The notes below the pieces were generated by a model. The model searched no databases and had not been told where the DNA came from. It worked only from the letters and a program-made list of their open reading frames with translations. From the NCBI GenBank assembly GCA_008632985.1, contig QPGO01000294.1, forward strand, positions 1-64,000: a DNA stretch of 64,000 bases, in the 5' to 3' direction. This DNA comes from Psammoneis japonica (lineage: Eukaryota). Both the position numbers and the translations under genes were made by a program. Positions 12,795 to 24,726 of the stretch are shown piece by piece (within the stretch, counting starts at the first letter, position 1; each line of letters starts with the position of its first letter).

Positions 12795-14840
12795 TCAGCA
12801 GACGCGATCTTTTCTTTGATTTTTGCTCGCAACAAAAATGACACGGGATTTTGCCGTGTAAAAAGAGCAAACAATGGATGTGCAGACAGACGATCCTTGA
12901 ATTTTGCTCGCAGCAAAACCAACACGGGCTTTTGCCGTGTAAAAAAGAGTGAACAATGGATGCACAGACAGACGATCCTCGAATTTTGCTCGCCAGCCAC
13001 TGCGTGAAAGAGGGGCCCATGAAGCCGCAGGCCCCAAGCACAACCGCTTTCCTTCAGTCCACTTGTTCACAACACCAAAAAAATTCTCTGCTCCATTTCC
13101 ATCTGACAGCCATGCAATGCGATCAATGTTGGACTTGTTCACTCTCTTCGTGATGACTTTTGTGAGAATTTTTCTTCCTTTGTTGGACACCTTCATCGTC
13201 GCTCCATGAAACCGAGCCTGTTTTTGACAGAGCTCACAAACCAGCTTGTCAAAATCACCTTTTGCAAGCGGCGTGGCATTTTCCAGTTCTAGCTGCACGC
13301 GAACACGTCGCTCCGCCTGGAGGCACTTGCAGTTTCGCAAATCACACAATCTGTGGTCTCCACAGTGGTGAGGAACAATTGCATCGAAGCCACGCAAGCA
13401 TCTGTCTCTTGCCTTGTCTTGCTGGTGCTTGAATGAAAACAGCAAGAGAAGTCTCTTCCACTTCTGCTTCACAGTCTCTCATGCACCTTTGCTGTGCCTG
13501 ACATGTTGCCACCGATTCTCATTAATCAAAAGAACGTGATGACAAAGGGACATGCGTCGAGAACAATCCGACACAATGGCCTCCATCCGTGGAGTCGAAA
13601 GACCCTTTTTGAACTCAGGGTTTTTTGATGCCAAAGTGAAAAAGCCGCTTTTCACCGTTTTTGTCATGTGCCCGCCATCAGGAAGCTGCTGTGAAAATCC
13701 CTCTGCCGTGTCTCCAACTATGTCGCGTTGCTCTTTGACAAATGCAACAATGCTTCGTGTGTCTCCGTCTGAGGTTATCTCACGAGGAAAAATGGCTAAG
13801 TCATCTGACCTGAAGTTGCCATCATCGTCCAACAGAAGCTCTCTTGCAAGTGCAATGTTAGCATGCTCTTCTGCCACCCCGGGGCCATACTTCGAGTTCC
13901 TAGAACACGAGCCTTCATGCGAGAAATCAATCTCGCCGGGAAGAATGTCGCCGTATCGTTTTTCAGGATGCTTTTCAAGGTAAGCGGTAACAACGCGGGA
14001 ACAAAGAGCACAACTAATTTGGTCTACAATTACAGCAAGTGGCTTGCCAGTCACTAAGCTAATGCAGACCAAGCAATGAAGCACGCCTTTCACTCGATGA
14101 CAGATCCACCGCATCGGTCCACCACCGTCGTTGTTTATCGGCCCCATTGCAAAGTTGTGATGCTTGCCATCTCGATCAGTAAATTGAAAATCACCCTCAT
14201 AATGTCTCTGCTTCCTGCTCTCTTCCACATGCTCTCTACGATTCTGAAGTAGTTGCTCCTTTGCCACAGGCAGCCCAACCTTCTTAATGCGTTTGAATTG
14301 CTCGTCGATTGCAGATTTGGGAGGGCACACCCCACCGAACCCCGCATAAAGCTCCTGCAGCTTTTCTCTTGAGACACCAGCATCAATGGAAGCCAATGCA
14401 ACAACAATTATATCTTCTGACACAAGTTGGCCTGATGGTTGCTGCACTTGTTCCGCCGGCCATCGCACCATTTCCTTCCGACAATACGAACAACGCCAAA
14501 CTTCTTTCAAGCCGAACGACAGGGTACTTCTAGCCACCAAGATTGCATCATGACCGCATTTTTGATTGTGATTAAAGACATCTTTCACCCACTCATCATC
14601 CATTTTGATGCTAGACTTCTTGTAGCCGGTCATGTTGTTACATGGGTCTGACGGATAATTTTCTTTGTTGTGGTCGTCGTCGGTGCTGGATCCGATTCTT
14701 CCGCTGTTGTGAGGAGTTGCAGCACAATTGTCACCCTTCTCTATGTCATGATTCAATCTAGAGCTTTTGCTCTTGGATGCATTATCTTCCACCTTAGAAC
14801 TCTTCTTGTCCGCAGTGCGAGTGTAACCGGCATTCTCCAA
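12795..14840 (-). mobile_element. Kolobok-like (Pfam 'Mutator-like') DDE transposase, interrupted by one in-frame TGA
   Basis: Motif order C..C, NDGGG, TGKPL...SCALC, H...C.RN, SDGDT, DGGH..K, HH.GDH..C and NGAENF. ORFs 13479-14840 and 12795-13472 are in the same frame. The true 3' end is probably near 13000. Confidence 0.7.
12821..12995. repeat. ~81-82-bp tandem repeat (about 2.1 copies) at the 3' end of the transposase; possibly subterminal repeats
   Basis: TTTTGCTCGC units start at 12821, 12902 and 12984; paralog at ~49044-49215. Confidence 0.85.
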
Positions 14841-15486
14841 TGCATTGTGTGCCTCTTGAAACAGTGTCTTATTCCGAATGAAGTAGTTTGGCCCAATCCT
14901 TGGAATGGTGACAAATGCATTATGCTGTTCTTTGTAACATTTGAAGCCATTTGCTTGAGGGCCACACTTATAGTAAGTATGATGAGCGCCGTTGTTGTTG
15001 AATCGGTCCCGTTCTACAGTGCGGCATCACGAGTCCCACGCATTGCATTCGTCACATCACAAAGAGGCAGTGATGGATAGCCACCACGCTTCAGAATTGC
15101 ATGTGTCATTGAGTTGTCCATCCAATATCCCTTGATGTTGGATGGAAGGTGGAGGAGCACTGTTGACACAGCGCCGCAAACGCCATTGTGATTCGTACTC
15201 ATTCTGAGATTTTTATGGCTTCTGGTAATCGTGGTATGCTCGTGTAGATTCCCACGAATTCCCCTCCGCGTAGCGTCAGTACAATTTTCTACGGAGTATA
15301 TCCGGGTTGCAGGTCCATTCGGAACCTTAAGCTGACGCACTTCAACTACTGTATAGTTCCTACGCACTTCTAAAACAGCACTTCTGGTCTAATCAAAATC
15401 TTTTCAGCCCTTTGGTTGTTGCAACTACTAGACTAGTTTCAATCAAATCACAGCTTAGTCGGCAAAAACGGCTAGCTATCAACGCA

Positions 15487-17604
15487 ATGGCGGAACAAGA
15501 TAGCTCGATGGATAAGAAAATCGTTGAAGGGTTTTGCCTATTATGGGAATTCAAATCCAACGGGAAGGTCAAACTCCAGAATGATCGGAATTTTCTGGAA
15601 GGAATCCTAGTTCGTGACAAAAGTGCTAGTACCAATAGCCAAAGAGACGAGAACCCCGACGCAAACCTCTTAGATTCCTATTCTCAGTTCCGACAGAGAA
15701 GGGCAAGAAGCTTGTTCGGTGAAATAGGTGAATTATTCGTTCATTACACCCTGTACTTGCCGCTCGCTTTGAGGGGCGAAGATCGCGACAGGGACATTGA
15801 AAAGATCAACTCAAGTCTCCGGACACAATTGTTCCACTTCTCTGCCTTTCGTTTCGGTTACGAACTTGGGAGTGGCAAGTTGGGATATGGAACGGGTAAA
15901 GTGCAGCTCGATACTGCAATCATGCGGCTTCATACGGTTATTCTGGTCCTCAATGGTACAGTCTTCCACATTTTGTTGATCACCCTTATTTGGGGCCTCA
16001 ACATCTACCATATCGTGCATTGGAAAGAATTTACGGATGCGTACAGGGTTACGAGTTCTGTGTTGCTAACACTCTTATATCTCTTTAGGCTCTTCGTGGT
16101 GCGACCGTTTCTTATTCAGCATAGCGCCTCTCAGCAATTCTTCTTCACGTTTAACGTCTGGACAATTTTGGGGCAACAGTGGTGCAAAATATATCATTCA
16201 AAACGTAAAGTCGTGCAAAATCCTATTCGAGTTAGTAAGCCGGTTTCTATCGCGGAAGCTGATGCATGGACACCCTACGAACAATTAACACCAAAGGATC
16301 CGAATCACTCCCACTGCATCTTTGTGTCGCATCGATGGAAGACGCCATCCAATCCTGATCCCGATGGAAGCGAACGTCGAGAACTATCCAAATATTGCAA
16401 AAATGTGCAATGTTTCCTCGACTACTTGATCGATCCAACTGCCGTCAACTACTGGGAGGGAAACAAGGACAATATCATTCCTGATATTTTCATTCGGATG
16501 CTGAGACGCTACCATCGATTCTGGTGCCTTTCTGATGACCATTTGCATCGCATGATATTTCATGTGTCTGGGCTAAATAATGAGCCTTATGCTGCAGCGA
16601 GCTTTTTTGCTCGACGTCAAAAGGAGGTACTGGTATGGTATGACTACCAGTCGGTTCCACAAGGGAGGGACGACCAATCACGCGAGATTCGTTCCAAATG
16701 TTTGGACGAGATTGAGTTCATTTGCCAGGAAATGACGATGCACATTGAGGGAAGTGTGGACTATCAGACGAGGGGCTGGTGTCTCTTCGAGATGTTGCAT
16801 GGAGTGATGGGGGATGTATCTAGATTGGAGGAAAGCAATTTGCTTCCTGGATTTCACGGTCACTTGTTTTTTCTTGCGATGCGGGTCTACATTAATCTCT
16901 GCGAGAGCCTCGAGAAGGAGGATCCCGAGAACTCCTCCGTAGTCCCCGACGTGGCCAACTTGTTACGAGAAATGAACATAGAATGCACCAATGGATCGGA
17001 CCTCGAGTTTCTCGCTGGACGTTTAACACGTCAAATCATTGTTCAGGGGCCGGCAAGAAAAGCGTACGAATTCGTAATTCACCCTCTACACACGGCCCGG
17101 ATGTTGTTTCGAATGGTAATTTTTTCTTCATGGCAAGATGGAAGTGTTGAACGCCCGAAGCTTGAAGCTGATTTCAATCGAATAGTGTGGCATTTCATGG
17201 GAAAATATGAGATGCCCCTAATTGGTGACGAGGAGTGGTCCGCTGGTATCCCATTTTATTCGACGCTTCGGAAGATGTCCCGGAGGTCGTTGCACATTGT
17301 GGACCGGGGCACAACGGTATATTTGAAATTTAACTATCCTGCTCAAGTTTTGTCTCACTACGTACAAACGAAACACGAAGATTTTTCTATTCCGGGATAC
17401 AGCGAGCAGGTACTTACGCTTTTAAACATCTTCAGGCGGATTAAGGAGTCGATGGGTTTGGAAACCCTAACCAAAACTTGGTGGCAACAGATAAAGAGGG
17501 GAGATGGCGAGGACTTAGATCAATTTCTGTCCAACATGTCATCGACGTGCTACTTATTGCGGGTCCAAGTTGGAATGCCCGATGATCGTGGTTTCACAGA
17601 ATAA
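15487..17604 (+). CDS. Intact ~705-aa protein with two predicted N-proximal TM helices and a HET-like (TIR-related) domain
   Basis: Uninterrupted ORF with normal Tyr use (about 27 Tyr). Hydrophobic segments HTVILVLNGTVFHILLITLIWGL and VLLTLLYLFRLFVV. Motifs FVSHRW....PDPDG, VWYDYQSVPQ, YQTRGWCLFE and CTNGSD. First ATG at 15487. Confidence 0.8.
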   Translation: MAEQDSSMDKKIVEGFCLLWEFKSNGKVKLQNDRNFLEGILVRDKSASTNSQRDENPDANLLDSYSQFRQRRARSLFGEIGELFVHYTLYLPLALRGEDRDRDIEKINSSLRTQLFHFSAFRFGYELGSGKLGYGTGKVQLDTAIMRLHTVILVLNGTVFHILLITLIWGLNIYHIVHWKEFTDAYRVTSSVLLTLLYLFRLFVVRPFLIQHSASQQFFFTFNVWTILGQQWCKIYHSKRKVVQNPIRVSKPVSIAEADAWTPYEQLTPKDPNHSHCIFVSHRWKTPSNPDPDGSERRELSKYCKNVQCFLDYLIDPTAVNYWEGNKDNIIPDIFIRMLRRYHRFWCLSDDHLHRMIFHVSGLNNEPYAAASFFARRQKEVLVWYDYQSVPQGRDDQSREIRSKCLDEIEFICQEMTMHIEGSVDYQTRGWCLFEMLHGVMGDVSRLEESNLLPGFHGHLFFLAMRVYINLCESLEKEDPENSSVVPDVANLLREMNIECTNGSDLEFLAGRLTRQIIVQGPARKAYEFVIHPLHTARMLFRMVIFSSWQDGSVERPKLEADFNRIVWHFMGKYEMPLIGDEEWSAGIPFYSTLRKMSRRSLHIVDRGTTVYLKFNYPAQVLSHYVQTKHEDFSIPGYSEQVLTLLNIFRRIKESMGLETLTKTWWQQIKRGDGEDLDQFLSNMSSTCYLLRVQVGMPDDRGFTE

Positions 17605-18797
17605 TAGTAGAACTTCATATCAATATGACTTCTCTGAAATTCGACTGAAAGATAAGAAAATGAGTTTTGTTCGCCTGCTAACTGTAACGACACGTGCTTA
17701 CAGAGGAGCCCATTCTCATTTCGCGAAGAGAAGATTACAGTCTTGAGGGGTCTACTGTTCGGGGTCCGCGCTTGGGATCGACTCCCAGCTGCGCGTCCGT
17801 CCGCCCCCACGAGTTGTCATCGCCCCTCTCGCTAGCCATCGATCTATCCCTAGCAGCTGGAAGACCAGCAATGGTCACAACAAACAGCCGTTTCGATTTC
17901 GTACGACCGAAGTCCCTCTCAATCATTTGTCACAACCGTTCGTCCATACATTTGCATGGTTTATACGATATCCACATAATTCGTTTGCATGCAGCACAAG
18001 AATTCTTCATTCATTCAGAGTGTCTCAAGCATTGTCAGCTCCTTGTCAAAATTGAGCAATGTGTTCCCCTCTGTCAACACCAATTTACAAGTAGAGTTGA
18101 CTCTCTCTGCGTAACTCTCCGCATTCAAGGCACCAATTTGAGCACATGATGAGCTAGCCACAAGGGGTAAAAATCCAAACTTCTTTTTGTTTCTCATCAC
18201 CTCCCAAGTCCCAACTGCATTCAGTGGTTGCTGCCCCACAATGCACAATCGATTTGCATTTTGCTGTCTCCACAGTGCCACGTGCTACAAGGTTTGCCAT
18301 GCAGTTAAGCATTTGTGGCACAGCCAACATCTGCAGCACCCTCAAAAATGTCACGATGCCACCTCGCCAGAGCATCCACCCACACATTCAATCCAGCTGG
18401 GAGAGAGAGAGACAAGCATGGCACAACAACCGATCCTGGTGACCTTTGATCCCCTGAAAAAACACTGTCATCATGCACAGCAAGAATGCCAAAAACCAAG
18501 ACAAAAGTGGAATTGCAAGCATCATGCTTGACATGGTGTGCACTGCTCCTGCAACCTCAAGAACCTGGCATTGCCGTGTGGCACAGTTGCATTGACAGGC
18601 ACTTTTGTTGCACCATGTTCAAGAAAGGGGTTGCTGCCAATTGAATGCAAAATCACATTGGTGAACCTCATCTTCTTGTCAAAGGGAAGGGGTTGCAGCC
18701 AACCACCTGTGAGTGTTGACCGTGAACCACATCTTCCAAAATTCACAGCTTGGGCAAACTCAACTTGCCAAAACTCGGATTGGTTTTTCCAGCAACC

Positions 18798-19090
18798 TGA
18801 CAGCTCCCAGCAAGAACCCAACAGCTCCCCATCATGCAACAGCTCCCAGCATCCCAATGGCTTCTCAGAGCAGTGCATCGACAGCTCCTGGTGGCCCAAC
18901 AGCTCCTGGCGGTGTGACAGTTCCCACCAGCCCAATGGCTCGGGCTCAGGGCTGTGCGATGACAACTCCCAGCGAACCCGCAGTCCTGCCAGTGCAATGG
19001 CTCCCAGCAACTCAATGGCTCAGAGCAGCACAACAACAGGAGCTCCCGGCAATGAAACAGCTCCTGGCAGCACGAGGACAGCTCCATCAG
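18798..19090. repeat. Imperfect short-period tandem repeat with ACAGCTCC core
   Basis: Recurrent ACAGCTCCC/ACAGCTCCTGG at irregular spacing of roughly 20-40 bp. Confidence 0.7.
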
Positions 19091-19869
19091 TGCAACCAAC
19101 AGTGCTTGGAAACTTGAAACGACTCTCTCTTCCGTGACCCATGAATCAGGAGGCACTTGCTTTGCAGCTCCACTCATGGTGGTTGACAGGCTCGATGCCA
19201 AGAGGGCATGAGCAGCAAGACATGACTGAGGAGATCTTGCATCAGCAAAATTTGGTGTCACGGATTGGATGGATGGAGTTGAGCTGGCAGCTGACTTGCT
19301 GGAGCTGGTCTTTGGAGCAAGAGAGGAGACAATGGCACCAAAAAAATGGCCATCCAACATTCTTCACAGCTGAAACAAGCTTCCCTGGTGACAACAATGA
19401 TGAAACAAGAGCCTCAGGAGGTGGAAGCAGTGGGACAACATGATGCTTCTTGGAGCGCTGATGCCTGTTTGGGCGAGAATGGGCACGTGGGACACGTTGG
19501 GTGTTGTGATTTGGCCCTTTCCCCTCCCTTTTCCTGGGAGGAGATGACTTGGACACACAGCAATTTTTGGAACAGCAGGGTTAGATGCATTTTTGTGAGA
19601 ACAGACAGACAACATTGCAGTGTAAGATGCTCTGATGAGAGCAATTTACGTGGCAGTTTGCGCTCATCACTTCCAATGAACAGTGGGTTTCGTTCCCACT
19701 TTTTAGCTTCTGCACCCAGTCAACATGTTGGCAGCAGTAAAATGGCACCTGGAGCGTGTTTGTAAGCCATTCGGTGAGTTGAGTTTGCTGAGACTAGTTG
19801 GTTTATCCACAGTGCTGGTGAGACCAGTCAGTTTGGGCATGAAGCTCCAACACAGAAACTAAAAAGTCC

Positions 19870-20820
19870 TGGCACAATGCTCGAAGGAGTGGTGCCAGTG
19901 TGAGGGCCGGGAGGTTGATGGGAATCCAAATGAGGGCCGGGAGGTCGACAGGAATCCAAGTGAGGGCCAAGCTGAAACAAGAGCTGGGAAGTTGACAGGA
20001 ATCTGAAACAAAGGTGCGGTTTAGACTGCAACGTTTTCGTGTTGCTCTGGTGAGATTGGTTGAAGACACCAGTCGGTTTGGCCATGGGCAAAGATGCAGT
20101 TGAGCATGGAAACACGAAGGAATTGAAAGAGTGGGCATGTGATGCCATTGCTGAGTCAGGCTGACAAGCAGATGGTTGCACAGAAGCCACAAAGAAGATC
20201 AGTGAGTGCGTTGGCAGAGTGTTCGGGCCAGAGATGCAAGTGTTGGCATCCTTGAGGCAAGAGAGCAGACCAGAAGAGCCTGAGCATCCAGCTGGGCAGG
20301 ATGCGTCAGAGAAGGGTGAGGCAATCTGGGGGAAGCAGCACAATCACCACATGAAACAGGATGCAATCTACAAGACACAGAAGGTGAAGGTGTTCAATGT
20401 TGTCATGGGCCAGTGCACCAAGGCCGTTCATCACAAACTTGAAGGAGTGACAGGGTTTGCAAAGATCATGAAGGAGTGGGATGTGGTGGCACTGTTGGAC
20501 ATCCTCAAGTCAGTGCTGTTTGACACTTGTGAGAAGGTTCACTCACACATCCAAATGGCCAGTGCTTGGAAGCAGTTGGCACTCATCTGACAGGATGAAG
20601 GGGAGACACTCCGAGATCATTTCAATCGGTTCGCGAGTGCAGTCGAGATGGTGGAAAGGTCCTGCGGAAGGATTGTCCCAGAAGAAATCACCAGAAGACA
20701 AGATGGACTCAGCTCAGATGCTGATGACACACGATCAAGAGAGAGAGAGAGAGGCAAACTGTTGGCGGTGATGCCAATGGAAGGTGCCAGTGGATGCTGG
20801 CAAGTCTTGGAGGACCTGCA
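19870..20820 (+). mobile_element. Degenerate gag-like fragment of a second copia family
   Basis: ATKKISE[C]VGRVFG.EM and KVFNVVMGQCTKAV.HKLEG..GF.KI....DVVALLDILK resemble diatom copia Gag; stops present. Confidence 0.55.
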
Positions 20821-20968
20821 GCCTGGTGCATTGTCTGCTCTTCGCTCGGCCACGAGTTGCACATGCTGCGAGTTGTGCAGAAGAACTGCTCATTGCCAAT
20901 TGCGAAAACAGATCATCGCCATCATGGAATCACTTCATCGATGCCACGAAAGAAAAACAACGACGATG

Positions 20969-21364
20969 GACGCGTTCCAGCCCTGGGTGGGAGCTCGTAG
21001 CACTGACGTGTGACACAAATAATTTTTGTCATCCGTCGCATGTTTCGCATGCAGCTTTCTACGTGGGACATTTAAAAAAAATTGTCCAGACTCGCTGTTT
21101 TGCGAAGCCCCAGACGTTTTACATGACGAATTTATAGAAACAACAATGCGCCAGTTGCATTCTTCAATGTCTGAATGATGTAACTGGCTAAGTAAAAAAT
21201 GATGTACTTCAATCATGGGCGAGTTTGTGCGTTCGCAAAATTTTCTCATTTTCTGTTTGCGATCATTGACATTTTAATTGCCGTTTGATTTTAGTGCGGA
21301 GCTCGCACGTAGAAGTCCACGAGCCCAATGTCACACGGATTCCCACCTACGTCTGAAACGCATC
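20969..21364 (+). mobile_element. MITE family A, copy 1 (396 bp)
   Basis: Termini GACGCGTTCCAG...CTGAAACGCATC; 4-bp TSD GATG; empty site in the paralog near 49395. Confidence 0.92.
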
Positions 21365-22997
21365 GATGTTCCATCTCAAAGGCATGCTTTGGGAATGCCA
21401 TCAGCACACACGTCGCAATGAACAACAGAAAAGAAAAGCGCAGTGAGTCAGCAATGCAGTCAGCCAGCATGCATCGGAACGAACCACAGAAAAAACAATG
21501 CAGAGGTGGAGAGCACATTGATTGGTTGTTGCTCACGACGCATAACGATGTTCCACTGCTGCGCAGAACCCAACATTTGCCCTGCTCTTTTTCCCCCGAT
21601 TTGGTCATCTTCCGGGAAGACAGATGCCAGGATTTTGCCGGTGCCCTGATTTCCATCGCAAGGAAGTGCAGCGGTGCCTGGGACTTCTTGATGACTGCAT
21701 CATCAGAATGATCATGTTCAACGTGCAGTCGAGTCAGTCTCTGGCAACCGTTGCCGATTGGAGCATTTGATCTAAACTGCGACACAACAGAGGAAACAAT
21801 CAACCTTGTTTTGATCACTCTTTTGGAAACATTGCGGATGTCACTTTTCCTGTGTTTTAAGACAGCGGTCGTTTCAAGGAGCACCGCGTGGTGTCTTGTT
21901 TCAGTCCCCAAAGGCGGCAGCTCCACTGGGTCGGCGGTTGAGCATGCAAGCCAGGAAATGCATCCCCGGCAGTGGGAAGAGCAGTGGAATCCGTCAAAGA
22001 GAGACAGCACAGCTTTAGAATCGTCCAACAAAACACCTCTGGCGGGCGAATTCAGCCAAAAGGTCACGAAAAGCTCTGCCGGCATGCACTGTGCGACAGC
22101 TCATGGTGTTAAAAAGGAGGCAACCAAGACGTCCTTGACCTCTTGGAGAAGCCTGTTGGCTGCTCTGCTGCTGGTGCCACCAGCACCAGATGACTTTACA
22201 ACACGAAACATGACAAAAGTCGTCACCTTGTGCGCGTCACCATTTCCAGCACAATGAAATCCAAAGTGGCATCATTTGGAACAAAGAGTGGAGTCGAGTT
22301 GTTGTTGGCTTGATTCCAATTTGTGCGCCCAATGGATGCACCGTAACTGATGCTTCAACTCTGCTAGAGTCAGTGTCGTGCTGCTGCTGCTTGGGAACCA
22401 CCGCGATCCTAGAATGACACAAATTCCAACACCGAGTGAGGTGGTTGCACCCAATGGTTGTTGCGTGTTTTTGTTGCGCACTGCTGTGGCACACAACACA
22501 AAATTGGCAACAACAGCAGAATCTTCAATGGAGAACAACCAGATTTTTCTTTTGGCAATTGCACGACAAACTTTTTCGGCTGCTGCACTGTAGATCCCTG
22601 CTGCCGGCAGTCGGATGGAGACAGGCAGTTTGGCGACCAAACGGCATTTTGTGCCAGTGGTGCACTGCACAACATCTGTTTGCCCTCATCCATTTTAAGC
22701 TGCGATTTCATCACCAACTAGATCAAGAACGTCACCGCACCACTGCCATTCCTTCAGTGAATTTGGATGCAAGACATGAGACATGAGCATGTGCTGTTGC
22801 TGCAATTTGCTCTAGCTGTGCAGAGGGCATCGTGATCGTTCGAAAGGATGGCAGCGCACCCCACCATCAAAGTTGCGTTCACCATTGTTGAAACGTTCAA
22901 TGAACGATTTCACCTTGGCATGCTTTTCTGCGTTTGTCAGCATTGAATTTGCCTGCGTGTTTTCAATGCCAGGCTCCCCGCAGAAACACTGACCACC

Positions 22998-24718
22998 ATG
23001 GCGTCGTCTTCCGCCGCTGCTGGCAGCAATGCCGCCAATGCAAACAAAGACACCACTGCCGCTGATGACATCACTGTCGATCTAGCATCCCTTGAACCTT
23101 CATCCAAACTGAAAGAACGACAGTTTGAAGAGATTGCTGTCCATTTTGACATGCGTGGCCCAGAAGCGACTTGCAAGCCAATGGCCCTCGTCACTTCCCA
23201 TCTCCAAATTCTCAGTCAGATCCTTTTCACTTTTCACATCGAAGTTCAGATTCTGGACAACTGCAACACCAGAATTGCACACGTGAACGTTGCCGAATGG
23301 GCATCGACTCTCCAACACGAACATCATTTTCAGATTTCTGCGACTCGGAGCGGTGAGAATCGTCCGGTCACACACCGTTTGTGTCATCGTCTCCTTGCGA
23401 AAGTCCCCCTTTGCGACATTCGCTCTCATCCCAATGTTCAAAGCATTTTGGAGACAAACAATGCCGGTTTAAAACGTCATCATTGGAGTGAGTCCATCAT
23501 CAACATGGCTGGCCCGGCATGTTTTGTTGCCACTTCTTCCAAACATGCTCCCATCGACTCTGCAACCAAGTTGTTCCTCAAAGATCTTGGGGATTTAAAA
23601 ACCAAGATGCCGAAGTTCCGCCTTGCCCCCACTTCAGTCCGAGCAGACAACAACAAAACATCCGTCCCCATCCACGCCGTGACCTTTTCTGTTTGAAGTC
23701 CAACAAGATGATTGCTGCACTGCGGCGAAAACCCTGTTGTGTGCTTCCGAAAAGCTTCCGACTCATGTCCTCATGGCAAAAACTCGACACCTGTCTCCAC
23801 TCGCCTTTTACAATGCGGTTAAAACACAAGCCCAACGAAACAACAACACCTTTGTGGCGCCGTTGTTGCGTGCTTCTGTGGGTGTGATGTTCTTTTTTGG
23901 AAAACCACATCAAAGTGATTGAAGGTGTGATTGACATTTTTCCCTCCCCCAACGTGTCATCTGCCGGGCGTCACAATGTTCTGGTCAAACGAAATCATTT
24001 CAAAAAGGCTCAAACTGAGATTTCCACGTGCATTTTGAATGAGATCCCAAATGTTCCGAAAGATTCCCACCCGTCTCCTCCATTTGACGATCTCCATCAG
24101 GTGCCTGGTGTTTTTGACGAAGCTTCTGATGCTGGTGAATCCATCATGTTGGCTGGCATCCGCAGCTTGGAGTCACTCACTTTCTCCGACGTGTCTCCCT
24201 TGACCAACCAAGAAGCTCCTCGACTTGACCGACTTCCCACCCCTTCGTCTGGCAGAGGTCATGGTCGGTCCGCCATTCCCGGTCGCGGCGACTCAGCAGC
24301 ACGTCCCATTCCTCCTCAGACATTCACAAACCCACCATCTTTCCAAACTCCAAACTTCGGTCTAACTGGATGTCCCGGTGTCACGTCTCCGCAAGCGTCT
24401 TATGCCCAAATCGCTCAATCCTCATCGAGTTCTTCGATTGCTTCCGTTCAGTTTGCCGAGGTCCAGCGCACTGTGACCCAAATGCAAACCCGTCATGAAA
24501 AGGCCATTCGTGATCTGCGTGACAAGCACACACACGAACTGCAAACTGTGCAATCGCAACATGCAGCGAAACTGTCAGGCATGCAAGACCAGATGAATGA
24601 GGTCATTCAGTTGCTCCAAGCGTCTCAATCCGCTTCTTCAGAGAGTCCTGCGAGGAAACGGCAAAACCAAAATCAGACTCCCGATTGCAGTGACGATGGA
24701 AAAGACTCGGATTTTTAG
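22998..24718 (+). pseudogene. LINE ORF1 (frameshifted), with C-terminal coiled-coil-like region
   Basis: Consecutive ORFs 22998-23696, ~23700-23890 and 23897-24718 directly upstream of ORF2. Confidence 0.7.
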
Positions 24719-24726
24719 CACGGAGA

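Noticed and set aside
12821..12995. CRISPR-like repeat
   Set aside because: Contiguous ~82-bp tandem units with no unique spacers, no cas genes and a eukaryotic context.
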